A DNA stretch of 64,000 bases from an uncultured Acidimicrobiia bacterium (lineage in GTDB: Bacteria > Actinomycetota > Acidimicrobiia > Acidimicrobiales > AC-14): the NCBI GenBank assembly GCA_963829165.1, contig CAWHIC010000003.1, forward strand, positions 22,186 to 86,185, given 5' to 3'. Below, piece after piece: positions 1 through 8,769 of the stretch. Below the pieces are notes generated by a model, which saw only the letters and a list, made by a program, of their open reading frames with translations, made no database searches and had not been told where the DNA came from. How positions within the stretch are numbered: position 1 is the stretch's first letter; every line of letters begins with the position of its first letter. Made by a program: the position numbers and the translations under genes.

Positions 1-441
1 GAACTTCGTGCCATCAGACGCTGCGTGCTCGACGAAGACGGCTCCCCCATCCATACCAAAGTCCGTCGCCGTGCCGCGCACAACTCCATTCCCAATTGCC
101 TTAATTGGCGTCCCAAGACTCGCAGCCTGATCGCTGCCTAGGTGGAAAACGCTGTCGACATACCAGCCGTATCCGCCCAAGGCCTTTCGGTGGCCAGCCG
201 CGCCGTCGAAAGCGCCACAACCGTTGCCCAGGAACTCGCCGCCGGAGACGACGGTTGGTGCCATCCCCGTCGGCCAATGCCAGGCTGAAGTCGAGATCTC
301 GGTGCCAGCCGCAGCCGCGGCACCGGGAGACCAGGGAGTCCCAATGACCGCGACAACGATCATCAGAAGGGCGGCGCCGGTGTGCACCTGACGCCGAAGC
401 CGCCCCGACGGCCTTCGGACCTGCACCTCAAAGCCTTGCAT
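1..441 (-). CDS. M23 family metallopeptidase, N-terminal part (gene runs off the left edge of the window)
   Basis: Absent from the ORF track because it is open at the edge. My translation of the minus strand from ATG 441-439 (GGGGGAGGA just upstream) stays in frame to nt 1: MQGFEVQ..AALLMIVVAVIG (signal/TM)..HLGSDQAASLGTPIKAIGNGVVRG. This matches the M23 HxGxD / GTP[IV]xAxxxGxV signature. Confidence 0.6.
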   Translation of the reverse strand, partial: MQGFEVQVRRPSGRLRRQVHTGAALLMIVVAVIGTPWSPGAAAAAGTEISTSAWHWPTGMAPTVVSGGEFLGNGCGAFDGAAGHRKALGGYGWYVDSVFHLGSDQAASLGTPIKAIGNGVVRGTATDFGMDGGAVFVEHAASDGTKF

Positions 442-911
442 TCCTCCCCCTCTGCGCCGCCGCCCCGAGCGTGATACGACCTGTAGCTTCAAGGCTCGTC
501 GCCTGCAGCCATCGTGGTCGACGATCGCCCACCCGTGATTGGATTTGCCCACCAGTGACCGCGGGTCGGCATCGGCCGTCCCCTGGACACGGCCACGATC
601 TCGGCCATGTGTGGTCGGTTCGTCACCACGGGTGGGCTACTAGCTTTGCAGCCAAGTCGCTCACTTCGGACCGCGCGACGATCCCAACGGCCAACCGTCG
701 GGTTCACCGCGATCAGTCCATGCCTGCACCGTCTCGAGGTCCAACGCGACCGCCATGGCCGCAACCCACGGGCGGCGTCAGTCGCGCCCGAATGAGTCGC
801 CGTTGCTGACCCGTCGTTCGGTCGCGTGGGCGAATCCGACTGGCCGATCTCTGTCGCGAAGTCAGGCGCAACCACACCCCGGCCTATGCCCCCTGCTCTA
901 CCCGAGATGAC

Positions 912-2342
912 TTAAGCCCCGTTGAAGTCACCAACGAGCAAACCGGTGGTGGTCTCCGAGTTCGACAACGTCACCCACGTGCCGGTCCCACCCCACCTCA
1001 CCCGCCAGCCGACACCGGTGCCGGCGGCCTGCAGAACATCGTCCTTGCCGTCCCCGTTGAAGTCACCCACGAGCAAGCCGGTTGTGGTCTCCGAGTTCGA
1101 CAACGTCACCCACGAGCTCGTCGCACCCCACCTCACGCGCCAGCCGACACCTGCGCCGGCGGCCTGCAGAACATCGTCCTTGCCGTCCCCGTTGAAGTCA
1201 CCCACGAGCAAGCCGGTTGTCGTCTCCGAGTTCGACAACGTCACCCACGAGCTCGTCGCACCCCACCTCACGCGCCAGCCGATACCTGCGCCGGCGGCCT
1301 GCAGAACATCGCCCTTGCCGTCCCCGTTGAAGTCACCCACGAGCAAGCCGGTTGTCGTCTCCGAGTTCGACAACGTCGCCCATACGCCGGTCGCACCCCA
1401 CCTCACCTGCCAGCCGACACCTGCGCCGGCGGCCTGCAGAACATCGTCCTTGCCGTCCCCGTTGAAGTCACCCACGAGCAAGCCGGTTGTGGTCTCCGAG
1501 TTCGACAACGTCACCCACGAGCTCGTCGCACCCCACCTCACGCGCCAGCCGACACCTGCGCCGGCGGCCTGCAGAACATCGTCCTTGCCGTCCCCGTTGA
1601 AGTCACCCACGAGCAAGCCGGTTGTCGTCTCCGAGTTCGACAACGTCACCCACGAGCTCGTCGCACCCCACCTCACGCGCCAGCCGATACCTGCGCCGGC
1701 GGCCTGCAGAACATCGTCGTTGCCGTCAATGGCAGCTGGCGCGTCCTTAAGGTGCAGAAAGGCGTCCGGGTAAGCAGTGGTGCCGGTGGTCAAGACACGG
1801 CGGCGGCTGCCGTAATCCCAAACTGACTCGCTGATGTAGATGGTCGTTCCGCTGACCTTCTCGACGTACGCAACGTGCCCAGCAGCACCGGCCTTGGTGC
1901 CCCACCAGGCAATCGACCCGACGCGGGGAGTGCCGTTTACCGACGCTGCGCCGAACTGACTGACGACGCGGTCACGCCAGGAGATCGCGTTCCCGCTTCC
2001 CTGGAGTTGCGCTGCGCCGTTCCGTTGGAGACGGTACGCGGCGAAGTTGGTGCAGTTTCCCTTGGTGTTCGTGAACTGAGCCCAGTACGAGCTTGTCGGA
2101 TTGAATCCCGTGTGCGAGACGCACGCGTTGCTCGCCTGGTCACACGGAAAGGGATCAGGAACGCTCGACCAGAGTTCGGCGGCACTCGCCGGAGGGGCGA
2201 GGATGATTAACAGGCAGACTGCAGTAGCGATCACCGCCCCGAGCGATGTCGACTTCCGACCCCCGTTCACGCCCGCGCTCTCCTCCGCCGTCCGACCTCT
2301 GCATTGTAGCGGCTGCCATCCCCGAGCGCTTCCGACCGTCAT
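912..2342 (-). CDS. Secreted CHAP-domain amidase/peptidase fused to six FG-GAP/VCBS-like repeats
   Basis: 476-aa ORF with signal peptide (AVIATAVCLLIILAPPASA). The CHAP-like N-domain has NCTNFAAYRL (Cys) and GHVAYVEKV (His). Six 45-aa units follow (GDFNGDGKDDVLQAAGAGVGWRVRWGATSSWVTLSNSETTTGLLV). Confidence 0.75.
   Translation of the reverse strand: MTVGSARGWQPLQCRGRTAEESAGVNGGRKSTSLGAVIATAVCLLIILAPPASAAELWSSVPDPFPCDQASNACVSHTGFNPTSSYWAQFTNTKGNCTNFAAYRLQRNGAAQLQGSGNAISWRDRVVSQFGAASVNGTPRVGSIAWWGTKAGAAGHVAYVEKVSGTTIYISESVWDYGSRRRVLTTGTTAYPDAFLHLKDAPAAIDGNDDVLQAAGAGIGWRVRWGATSSWVTLSNSETTTGLLVGDFNGDGKDDVLQAAGAGVGWRVRWGATSSWVTLSNSETTTGLLVGDFNGDGKDDVLQAAGAGVGWQVRWGATGVWATLSNSETTTGLLVGDFNGDGKGDVLQAAGAGIGWRVRWGATSSWVTLSNSETTTGLLVGDFNGDGKDDVLQAAGAGVGWRVRWGATSSWVTLSNSETTTGLLVGDFNGDGKDDVLQAAGTGVGWRVRWGGTGTWVTLSNSETTTGLLVGDFNGA
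921..1730. repeat. Six tandem, near-identical 135-bp coding repeats
   Basis: gttgaagtcacc recurs at 921, 1056, 1191, 1326, 1461 and 1596 (exact 135-bp period). Only a few substitutions separate the copies. Confidence 0.9.
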
Positions 2343-2386
2343 GAACTCGGGTGTGCACGACGGCCCCGACGGTATCGTTCACGGAG

Positions 2387-3007
2387 TCATGACATGAGCG
2401 TCCAGTGTCCGCACCCCTCGTTGTTGAAGCCTGCGTCACCCGCTCCGATGGAAACCTCCACCCGTGGGGCAGCGGTCACAAAATCGTTGTCGATGGTGCG
2501 GCCGTTTCCGTCAACCCGTTCCCAATAGCAGTCCTCGACGTTGGAGACCTCGTAGGTTCCGGGCGGTACCTGTCCGGTGCCGATCCCCACGGTGAAGTCA
2601 CCAGTGGCAAAATCCGTCAGCACTTCACCGTCTGCGAAGAATCGATGGTTCACGCATGACACGGGGGTCCCGTCAGCAAGAACGACAACAGGGAACCGTG
2701 CGTCGTCGCCGCAACTGCCCTTCGGCTTGACAGCCCAAGCCCACACGCCAGCGGAGCACCGCAAACCGAGGTTTTCGTAGGGACCACCAGTCCCTAGCGC
2801 CGTGGCACCTTCGGGTGAGCAGTCTTCGGCATTTCTTGGTGCTGCCGTCGGTGGAGGTCCAGGTGCGGTCAAGGTCACGGTATTGGTGGGTAACCTCGGG
2901 GGTAACAGAGTCACCCTCGTTGCCGTGGGTTGGACAGTGGCCGTCGTATCACCGCAGCCGACGAGCAGCACCACAGAGAGCACGATCAGCGGTAGTCGGA
3001 GTCTCAT
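2387..3007 (-). CDS. Lipoprotein, function unknown
   Basis: Internal ATG at 3007 with a GAGGAG SD. MRLRLPLIVLSVVLLVGCGD is a lipobox-type signal. The mature part is Cys-rich with no family I recognise. Confidence 0.6.
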   Translation of the reverse strand: MRLRLPLIVLSVVLLVGCGDTTATVQPTATRVTLLPPRLPTNTVTLTAPGPPPTAAPRNAEDCSPEGATALGTGGPYENLGLRCSAGVWAWAVKPKGSCGDDARFPVVVLADGTPVSCVNHRFFADGEVLTDFATGDFTVGIGTGQVPPGTYEVSNVEDCYWERVDGNGRTIDNDFVTAAPRVEVSIGAGDAGFNNEGCGHWTLMS

Positions 3008-3413
3008 TTTGCCTGCTCCTCTGCCATCTCTCTGCCGTCGCCGTAGTAGACAGGCTACGCCGCTGGCCCGGTAGGACACCGCCTGTAGCATCCGGGGACC
3101 GGACCTTCGGAGTCCTCGACGACACGTCCGGCAGCCACCGCAAGCTCGACCCGGCCGAGGGCCTGCAGGACGCCCAGCACGACACCGGCGGCCTGAGCGA
3201 GGTGCAACGGCGACCGCCGCTTGGGCGACGACCCTGACGAGTCGTTTGAGGAATCATCAGACAACCGGTCTGCCTACAGCTGCGTCGCCCGCCGGAATCA
3301 GCCCTCAAGCCGACGGCATCGAAAACCGAGTACGCAGCGGCGGGCCACTGCGCTTCGACCCGATCCCAGCTAGCGCCGAGCCCCCTCACCGGACTCTCGT
3401 GAAGCGGGCGGGG

Positions 3414-5483
3414 CTAATGATCCGTCATCGCTGCCCAGCGCGGTTCCTGGACCGGCGTTGCCACTAGTGGTCCCTCCGGTGGAATCGTCCTAGCGCCCAA
3501 CACGATGAGGCCGGGCACGTCGGCGAGCGGATCGGCAACAATGGCGATGCGCCACGGCACGCTGCCGGTGAGAGCCTCGAGCTGGCCAGCAAGGTACGGT
3601 CCGACCGCAGGACCCGAATTCTTCGGAGCGAGGATGAAGTCGACCATCACCGTTTCGAGCCCAGAATTGGATGCCTGGGCCCAGCCACGCTCAGCGCGTA
3701 TCTCCGCGGCATGGGCCGTGACCCACGTCACATAGTCGAGGGCCTGGAGCACACCCTTGACGTCGGCGGTCCCCACCTTCGTCTCGATCACGTGGAGCAT
3801 GTTCGTTTGGTCAAGGGCCAGGAAGTCGATGAATCCCGGCCGCCACCCGCCGCGCCAGACGGGGTATTCCCTACAAATCTGTGAAGCCTGGAGGCCCAAC
3901 TCAGGTAGACCCGTCGATGCGAGAGCGGCCTGCATGCGGTGCTCGAGGTGGCCCTTGTCGTGTCCTGCGAGTCGCTTCCACACGGCGTCGGCCACCCGGC
4001 GCTCGACTTCCGCCAGCTGCACCGGGGACAGTTCTGCGTCGACCGTGAGCACCAAGGCGGACGTCTCGCCCGGTGGAGGGCTGCCGTAATCGACACCCGC
4101 GTGGATCGTTACGCCGTTTCGGGTCCGAGCGATCCGAACGACCTGTCGGCCGAGGCAGTGCCATGCCAGATACGCCTGGCGATGGGCACGGGCGAGCGCC
4201 CAGTGGCTGTCGAGATCACGCAACAGCCGCTCGACGAGCACGTCACCACACTTGAGGTCGTGGGTATAGGTCGATCTGAGCGGACGCGTTCTGGCGACGG
4301 CAAGGATCTTGGCTCGGGACGGGATGACCCTCGGTCGCGGTTCAAGGTCGTCCCAGTAGGTGAAGACGCGCACCGGAGTATCGATCCACGGCAACCGCTC
4401 GAGTGTCAGGGTGACGTGTGTCTCAGGCAGAACGAGCACCAGGTCGCGATCGCGTTGCCACGCGAGGGCGTACGCGAGCACCTCGTCGGTGACGTCGACC
4501 GGCTCATGTGCGTCGACGACGACAACGAGGAGCTGATCGGCACGATCGCAGAACCATCGGGCCTTGGAGGTGAGCGGCCGGCCTGGAGAGAAGGCGATGA
4601 GTCCTGGGGCGATCCGGGAGGCGAGGTGATGGGCGATCGGCTTGAAGGCCTCGAAGGTGACGAGGGCGCGTTGTGTCTGTGTGCCATAGAACGGCGCCGG
4701 CTCGCCGGCCACGGCTTCTCGCCAACGTGCTCCTGTGTCGGGATCTCCGACCTCGAAGGCCTTGTCGTCGATGTAGAGCCTTCCCGCTGCTGGCTCGACT
4801 GCGAGCAATGGCAGCCCATCCGCGAGCAGGAACCAGAAGCGGTACTCGGGCAGTCCGAACAAGTCCCCGGGCGCACGGATGCAGGCCTCGTTCGCGGCGG
4901 GAACGGCACGGAAGAGGTCGGCGCGGCGACCATCGGCGTCGGATGCGTCCGACATGCCGCTGCGCCACTCCCATGTCCGGCAATCCCGCAGACCGACGCC
5001 GGTGCTGATCGACCGGGCCATGAGGCCCAACCCCGCCGCCATCGTGGTGGTCGCCAACTGAAGGGTTCCCGTGTCGGCCACCCACTGGGCGGCATCTGCG
5101 ATCGGCATACCGTGCTCGAAGTCGTGTAACAGGTCACGCGGCTCACGAGGCCCCTGGCCGAAGACGTGCACACGGCCGGGCCGGTTGACATGGAGATATG
5201 CGGGTCCGCGTGTGTCGTCGGGCTGTTCGCCCAAGTGCAACTCGACAGTGTCGTACTGACCGCCGCCGGGATGTATCTCCACGACCCGGCCAACCCTTGT
5301 TCGGGAGGCGATCTCAGCGACAAGGCGCCATGTCAAGATCTCGGCCCGCTGTCTCATGCCGCGAAGGTTCCACTGCGAGGGGAGGCCCTCGTCCGCTAGC
5401 CCAGGAGTGTCGACGACGCCCGTGGGGTCCTCCTGTCCTCGGGCCGGGACACCGAGCCGGAACGACCCCGATGTCCGACTCAT
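3414..5483 (-). CDS. Large hypothetical protein with a C-terminal RecB/Cas4/NucS-type PD-(D/E)xK nuclease motif set
   Basis: 739-aa ORF; start placed at MSRTSG (ATG 5483), uncertain. The C-terminus reads FIDFLALDQTNMLHVIETKVGTADVKGVLQALDYV, which fits D..ExK..QxxxY. The N-terminal two thirds match nothing I recognise. Confidence 0.5.
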   Translation of the reverse strand: MSRTSGSFRLGVPARGQEDPTGVVDTPGLADEGLPSQWNLRGMRQRAEILTWRLVAEIASRTRVGRVVEIHPGGGQYDTVELHLGEQPDDTRGPAYLHVNRPGRVHVFGQGPREPRDLLHDFEHGMPIADAAQWVADTGTLQLATTTMAAGLGLMARSISTGVGLRDCRTWEWRSGMSDASDADGRRADLFRAVPAANEACIRAPGDLFGLPEYRFWFLLADGLPLLAVEPAAGRLYIDDKAFEVGDPDTGARWREAVAGEPAPFYGTQTQRALVTFEAFKPIAHHLASRIAPGLIAFSPGRPLTSKARWFCDRADQLLVVVVDAHEPVDVTDEVLAYALAWQRDRDLVLVLPETHVTLTLERLPWIDTPVRVFTYWDDLEPRPRVIPSRAKILAVARTRPLRSTYTHDLKCGDVLVERLLRDLDSHWALARAHRQAYLAWHCLGRQVVRIARTRNGVTIHAGVDYGSPPPGETSALVLTVDAELSPVQLAEVERRVADAVWKRLAGHDKGHLEHRMQAALASTGLPELGLQASQICREYPVWRGGWRPGFIDFLALDQTNMLHVIETKVGTADVKGVLQALDYVTWVTAHAAEIRAERGWAQASNSGLETVMVDFILAPKNSGPAVGPYLAGQLEALTGSVPWRIAIVADPLADVPGLIVLGARTIPPEGPLVATPVQEPRWAAMTDH

Positions 5484-5935
5484 CCTGCTTCGGCATGAAC
5501 GCGGGATCGCTTGAGGGGTCGTGTCTATAAGGCTGCTCGTGCCCCGGCTGGCCGAAATTCGACCCCCTTCCGGAGACACCACCCCGGTTGAGGCGGTGGC
5601 GCTGCTTGCTGGTGCGACCGGTAGGCGGAGCACCTGGGCGCCAGGGTCACTCGCGGCGCCGACGTCGCCGTTGACCGTGGCGGACTGAAGGCGTGCAAGC
5701 AGTCAACGGCTGAACCTCCGACATCGATCAAGCGGGCATTCGTCACGCTGCACACGAGCCCGAGGAACACGATCACTGAGGCAGCGATCAGGGTGGCGAT
5801 GGTGCGGGCGTGCACCTCCCGCCAGAACGATTCCTCGCCCTGCCGTTGAAGGTGTCGAGCCGCCGTCGCATCGGGCAGGGCCTACGAGCAGATGACCTTT
5901 CAGGGTCGATCCGGGAGTAGGAACGACCGCGACGT

Positions 5936-6157
5936 CTAGGTGCTTCGACCCATGGCGTCTCGGCCGCACTGGTCGCACCCGCTGTCGATGATCTGCTTAT
6001 CCCCCCGCATGTGGGTGGCGTGGGCGTGCATCAAGCCGGAGCAGACGGGGTTCTGCAGGTCGCAGGGCTCGGGGTAGGTGTCCCAGCAAGCCGGGCAACC
6101 CTTGTCCCCGGGCACGTGCGGCTGTCCGGTGAGGTCAGCCATGAAGGCCGTCGGCAT
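5936..6157 (-). CDS. Small Cys/His-rich (zinc-ribbon-like) hypothetical protein
   Basis: ORF 5936..6271; start uncertain (ATG 6157 or 6142). Contains GCPACW..C..C..HAHATH..CDQCG. No convincing SD seen. Confidence 0.3.
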   Translation of the reverse strand: MPTAFMADLTGQPHVPGDKGCPACWDTYPEPCDLQNPVCSGLMHAHATHMRGDKQIIDSGCDQCGRDAMGRST

Positions 6158-6565
6158 GTAGTCGACGGTAGTTTCGATATCAGGCGGTAGCTGCTGGCCG
6201 GTGGTCGAGCCACGAGGAGTGCCTTCTGCATGTCCGAGGGGTCTCTGCCATGACCAGGACCCGGCCGTCACCGGTTCTCTCGCCAGTGACCCGGGTCCAC
6301 CTCCAACGCTTCATGGATCTGCGATGCCAGATCAGCTTCCGAGCACCTCGAGGTGGTCGCCGACGCCGGTCCGTCGCCGGTTCGTGGGCGACGACTCCGA
6401 CGGTTCGTTCGGGGAATCATCAGAACAGACGAGGTCGTCGGAGGAAGGCTGGAACGATTACTTGCTCACCTCCGGCGCTTCAGCCGGCACTATCCACGAG
6501 CGGCTCCTGCACCCCAGTGGCGTGTGCGCCCCGGATGATGACCTCCGACAGCGCCGATCCAGGCT

Positions 6566-7030
6566 CTACTCGCTCGTCTCCTCAGTGCTGTGGTTGTCGT
6601 GATTGCCGGCAATTGCCTCGGGATCAGGACGCGTTGATAGAAGCGAGGCCGCAGTGAGACCCATCCCGTTGTCGACTCCGAGTTCCGCAACCTCCGCCTT
6701 CGGCCGCTTGAACGGGCGCGCCGCGGCCACGGAACCGCTTGTTCCCACGGACCCTCCCGGAGACGAACTCGGCGCCGAATGGCTCCGACGATGAGATCCG
6801 CTCGTCGGCCCGCGTGCGACACTTGAAGCGTCCTCTGACTTCCGGGCTGATCGGTCCGGTCGAACGTCCAGTGACATAGCAGCCAATACGAGAACGGAAG
6901 TTGGCGCTGCGCGGAGGTCGCCGAGAACCCAGGCATGCGCATCAGAGTTTTTTAGCGAATCCACGAGTGACTTTGGCCCGACACGTCGGCGCCGCAACTC
7001 TGCGGCCAGCTGTTCCGCACTAACCTGCAA
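6566..7030 (-). CDS. Hypothetical protein with one predicted TM segment
   Basis: TTG start at 7030 preceded by GGAGGAGGA. Sequence LVSAEQLAAELRRRRVGPKSL..APTSVLVLAAMSL, then a Ser/Gly-rich tail. Overlaps the upstream ORF by 79 nt. Confidence 0.4.
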   Translation of the reverse strand: MQVSAEQLAAELRRRRVGPKSLVDSLKNSDAHAWVLGDLRAAPTSVLVLAAMSLDVRPDRSARKSEDASSVARGPTSGSHRRSHSAPSSSPGGSVGTSGSVAAARPFKRPKAEVAELGVDNGMGLTAASLLSTRPDPEAIAGNHDNHSTEETSE

Positions 7031-7386
7031 CCATCCTCCTCCGGTACGAGATCAGGAGACTCTCCATCGATGAACGCTACGAGACTTTCTCGATCGCAAT
7101 CTAGGATGGTGCGAATCATCTTCTTAAGGGATAAACGCGTGGCTGTCGCAACTGCCTTAGTACTTCGCCGACTCTGATGCCCAAGAGGCTCGCGTTGTCG
7201 GGCCCCCTGGTTGATCTCCGTCGCTCGATTCACGATGATAAATCTCAAATGACGAATGGTGTCCAGCAACCGGATTCCCCTAGGTAGGTCTGTCCGGCGT
7301 ATGGGTCCGCAAGTAGAATTCTCCCCGGCCTCGCTGCACGTCCATGGCTCAGATGCATTCATGAACGCGGATTGGCCAATGATCAT
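6952..7386 (-). CDS. Hypothetical protein, possible HTH
   Basis: ATG 7386 directly follows the DnaA TAA (TAAATG). STKAVATATRLSLKKMIRTIL resembles an HTH. The last ~26 aa look out of frame relative to ORF 6566..7030. Confidence 0.4.
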   Translation of the reverse strand: MIIGQSAFMNASEPWTCSEAGENSTCGPIRRTDLPRGIRLLDTIRHLRFIIVNRATEINQGARQREPLGHQSRRSTKAVATATRLSLKKMIRTILDCDRESLVAFIDGESPDLVPEEDGCRLVRNSWPQSCGADVSGQSHSWIR

Positions 7387-8769
7387 TTAGCCTCCTCCGA
7401 TGCGACGCGTCAGCTCGGTAACCTGCTCGTAGAGGATTCCGCGCTCCCGCATTAGATCGCCTATTTTCGACACGCCATGTATGACAGTTGTATCCTCACG
7501 ATCACCAATAGCGCGCCCAATCCCAGCATAGCTGAAGTCGGTCATTTCCCTTAGGACATACATAGCGACCTGGCGGGCGGTAACCAGCGACCGACTGCGA
7601 CTCTTGCTGCACAGCTCCTCGACAGTGAAACCAAACATCTCAGCAGTGGCGTCCATCACATTTTTAGCTGTCACCTGGTGCGGAGCCTTGGTCGCGATGA
7701 GGTCGCCTAAGACGTTCTCCGCCATCTGAAGAGTTAAGGGAACGGAGTTGAGGCTGGAAAACGCGGTGACTCGGTTCAAGGCGCCTTCAAGCTCCCGAAT
7801 GTTGTCCGGGAGGTGCGTGGCTATGTACACAAGGACGTCGTCGGTGACGACGGCGTCCTGCAAAGCTGCTCTCCTGCGAAGGATAGCCAGCCGTGTCTCG
7901 AGGCGGGGAGGCTGGATGTCCGTGACGAGGCCCCACCCAAACCGGCTTCGCAACCGCCCCTCCAGGGTGGCCATCGCCTTAGGGGGGCGGTCTGAGGAAA
8001 TGACGATCTGGCGGCCGGAGGAATGCAAATAGTCGAAGATGTGAAAGAACTCCTCCTGAGTTTGCTCTCTGTTCTCGATTAGCTGGACGTCATCGATAAG
8101 CAGCAAATCGCAATGCCGGAAACTGAGCTTGAACGACGCTTGGCTGTTCGTTCGGACAGCCTCGATGAAGTCGTCCAGGAACATTTCCGTGGAGGTATAT
8201 CGCACGTACTTCTCGGGATAGATTCTCCGGACGTAATTGCCAATTGCGTGCAGGAGGTGGGTCTTTCCTAGTCCGGCCTCGCCGTAGATGAACAGTGGAT
8301 TGTAGGAGTTAGCTGGTTGCTCGGCGACGGCCACCGCAGCGGCAGCCGCAAACTGGTTGGACTCGCCAAGTACAAAGGTGTCGAAGACGTAGGTGGGGTT
8401 GAGGAGGGAGATCTCATCCCGTACTCTGTGTAAGGCGCGGTCGTCACACCGTGTGGTCCCATAAAGCGTGGTGCCCTGATCGACGTCGGAATCATCGGCA
8501 ATCACAATAGACAGGTCGGGCCGCACCTCCACGATAAGGTCGTGCGACTCGCCGGTAACCTCGGCGAGGATGTCCTCGACGAAGCGTCGATAGCGATTCT
8601 CGATATGCTGCTTCGCCGTCGCATGCGGTACTCCGAGGACGAGTTGATGACCCTGCATGCGGGGATGTGCTGCCTCCAGCCACGACTTGGCCACGCCGTC
8701 AGGCATCCGACTACTTAGCGCGTCGATACAGGCGCTCCATAGACCCTCGGCCTCCGCTGATTCAGTCAA
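7387..8769 (-). CDS. dnaA: DnaA-family replication initiator, full four-domain but divergent, in a low-GC island (probable paralogue)
   Basis: Walker A GEAGLGKTHLLHAIGNY; Walker B/box LLIDDVQLIENREQTQEEFFHIFDYL..GRQIVISSDRPP; SRFGWGLVTDIQPP..ETRLAIL; NIRELEGALNRV. Domain IV reads ARQVAMYVLREMT..IGRAIGDREDTTVIHG. TTG start overlaps the upstream stop (TTGA). Confidence 0.85.
   Translation of the reverse strand: MTESAEAEGLWSACIDALSSRMPDGVAKSWLEAAHPRMQGHQLVLGVPHATAKQHIENRYRRFVEDILAEVTGESHDLIVEVRPDLSIVIADDSDVDQGTTLYGTTRCDDRALHRVRDEISLLNPTYVFDTFVLGESNQFAAAAAVAVAEQPANSYNPLFIYGEAGLGKTHLLHAIGNYVRRIYPEKYVRYTSTEMFLDDFIEAVRTNSQASFKLSFRHCDLLLIDDVQLIENREQTQEEFFHIFDYLHSSGRQIVISSDRPPKAMATLEGRLRSRFGWGLVTDIQPPRLETRLAILRRRAALQDAVVTDDVLVYIATHLPDNIRELEGALNRVTAFSSLNSVPLTLQMAENVLGDLIATKAPHQVTAKNVMDATAEMFGFTVEELCSKSRSRSLVTARQVAMYVLREMTDFSYAGIGRAIGDREDTTVIHGVSKIGDLMRERGILYEQVTELTRRIGGG

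Noticed and set aside
471-875. ORFs 471..809 (+), 607..795 (+) and 489..875 (-) in the M23 upstream region
   Set aside because: Implausible composition and no motifs. I treat the region as a long leader or intergenic segment (see the riboswitch hypothesis).
5525-5815. 96-aa minus-strand ORF with an N-terminal hydrophobic stretch
   Set aside because: No usable SD (the GGGAG abuts the GTG). The C-terminal half is Pro/Ala/Arg-rich, and it overlaps the possible 5' region of the 739-aa ORF. Evidence is insufficient.
6201-6657. Plus-strand ORFs 6201..6602, 6250..6657 and 6353..6538
   Set aside because: They are mutually overlapping and Arg/Ser/Pro-rich, with no motif or SD. They are probably non-coding spacer between the Cys-rich ORF and the DnaA operon.
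7387-8769. Chromosomal replication origin (dnaA locus)
   Set aside because: No dnaN, rpmH, recF or gyrB is adjacent, and I could find no cluster of TT[AG]TCCACA-like boxes by eye. G+C is markedly lower than the surroundings, and the gene is flanked by IS elements. I treat it as an acquired paralogue, but only the whole genome can settle this.
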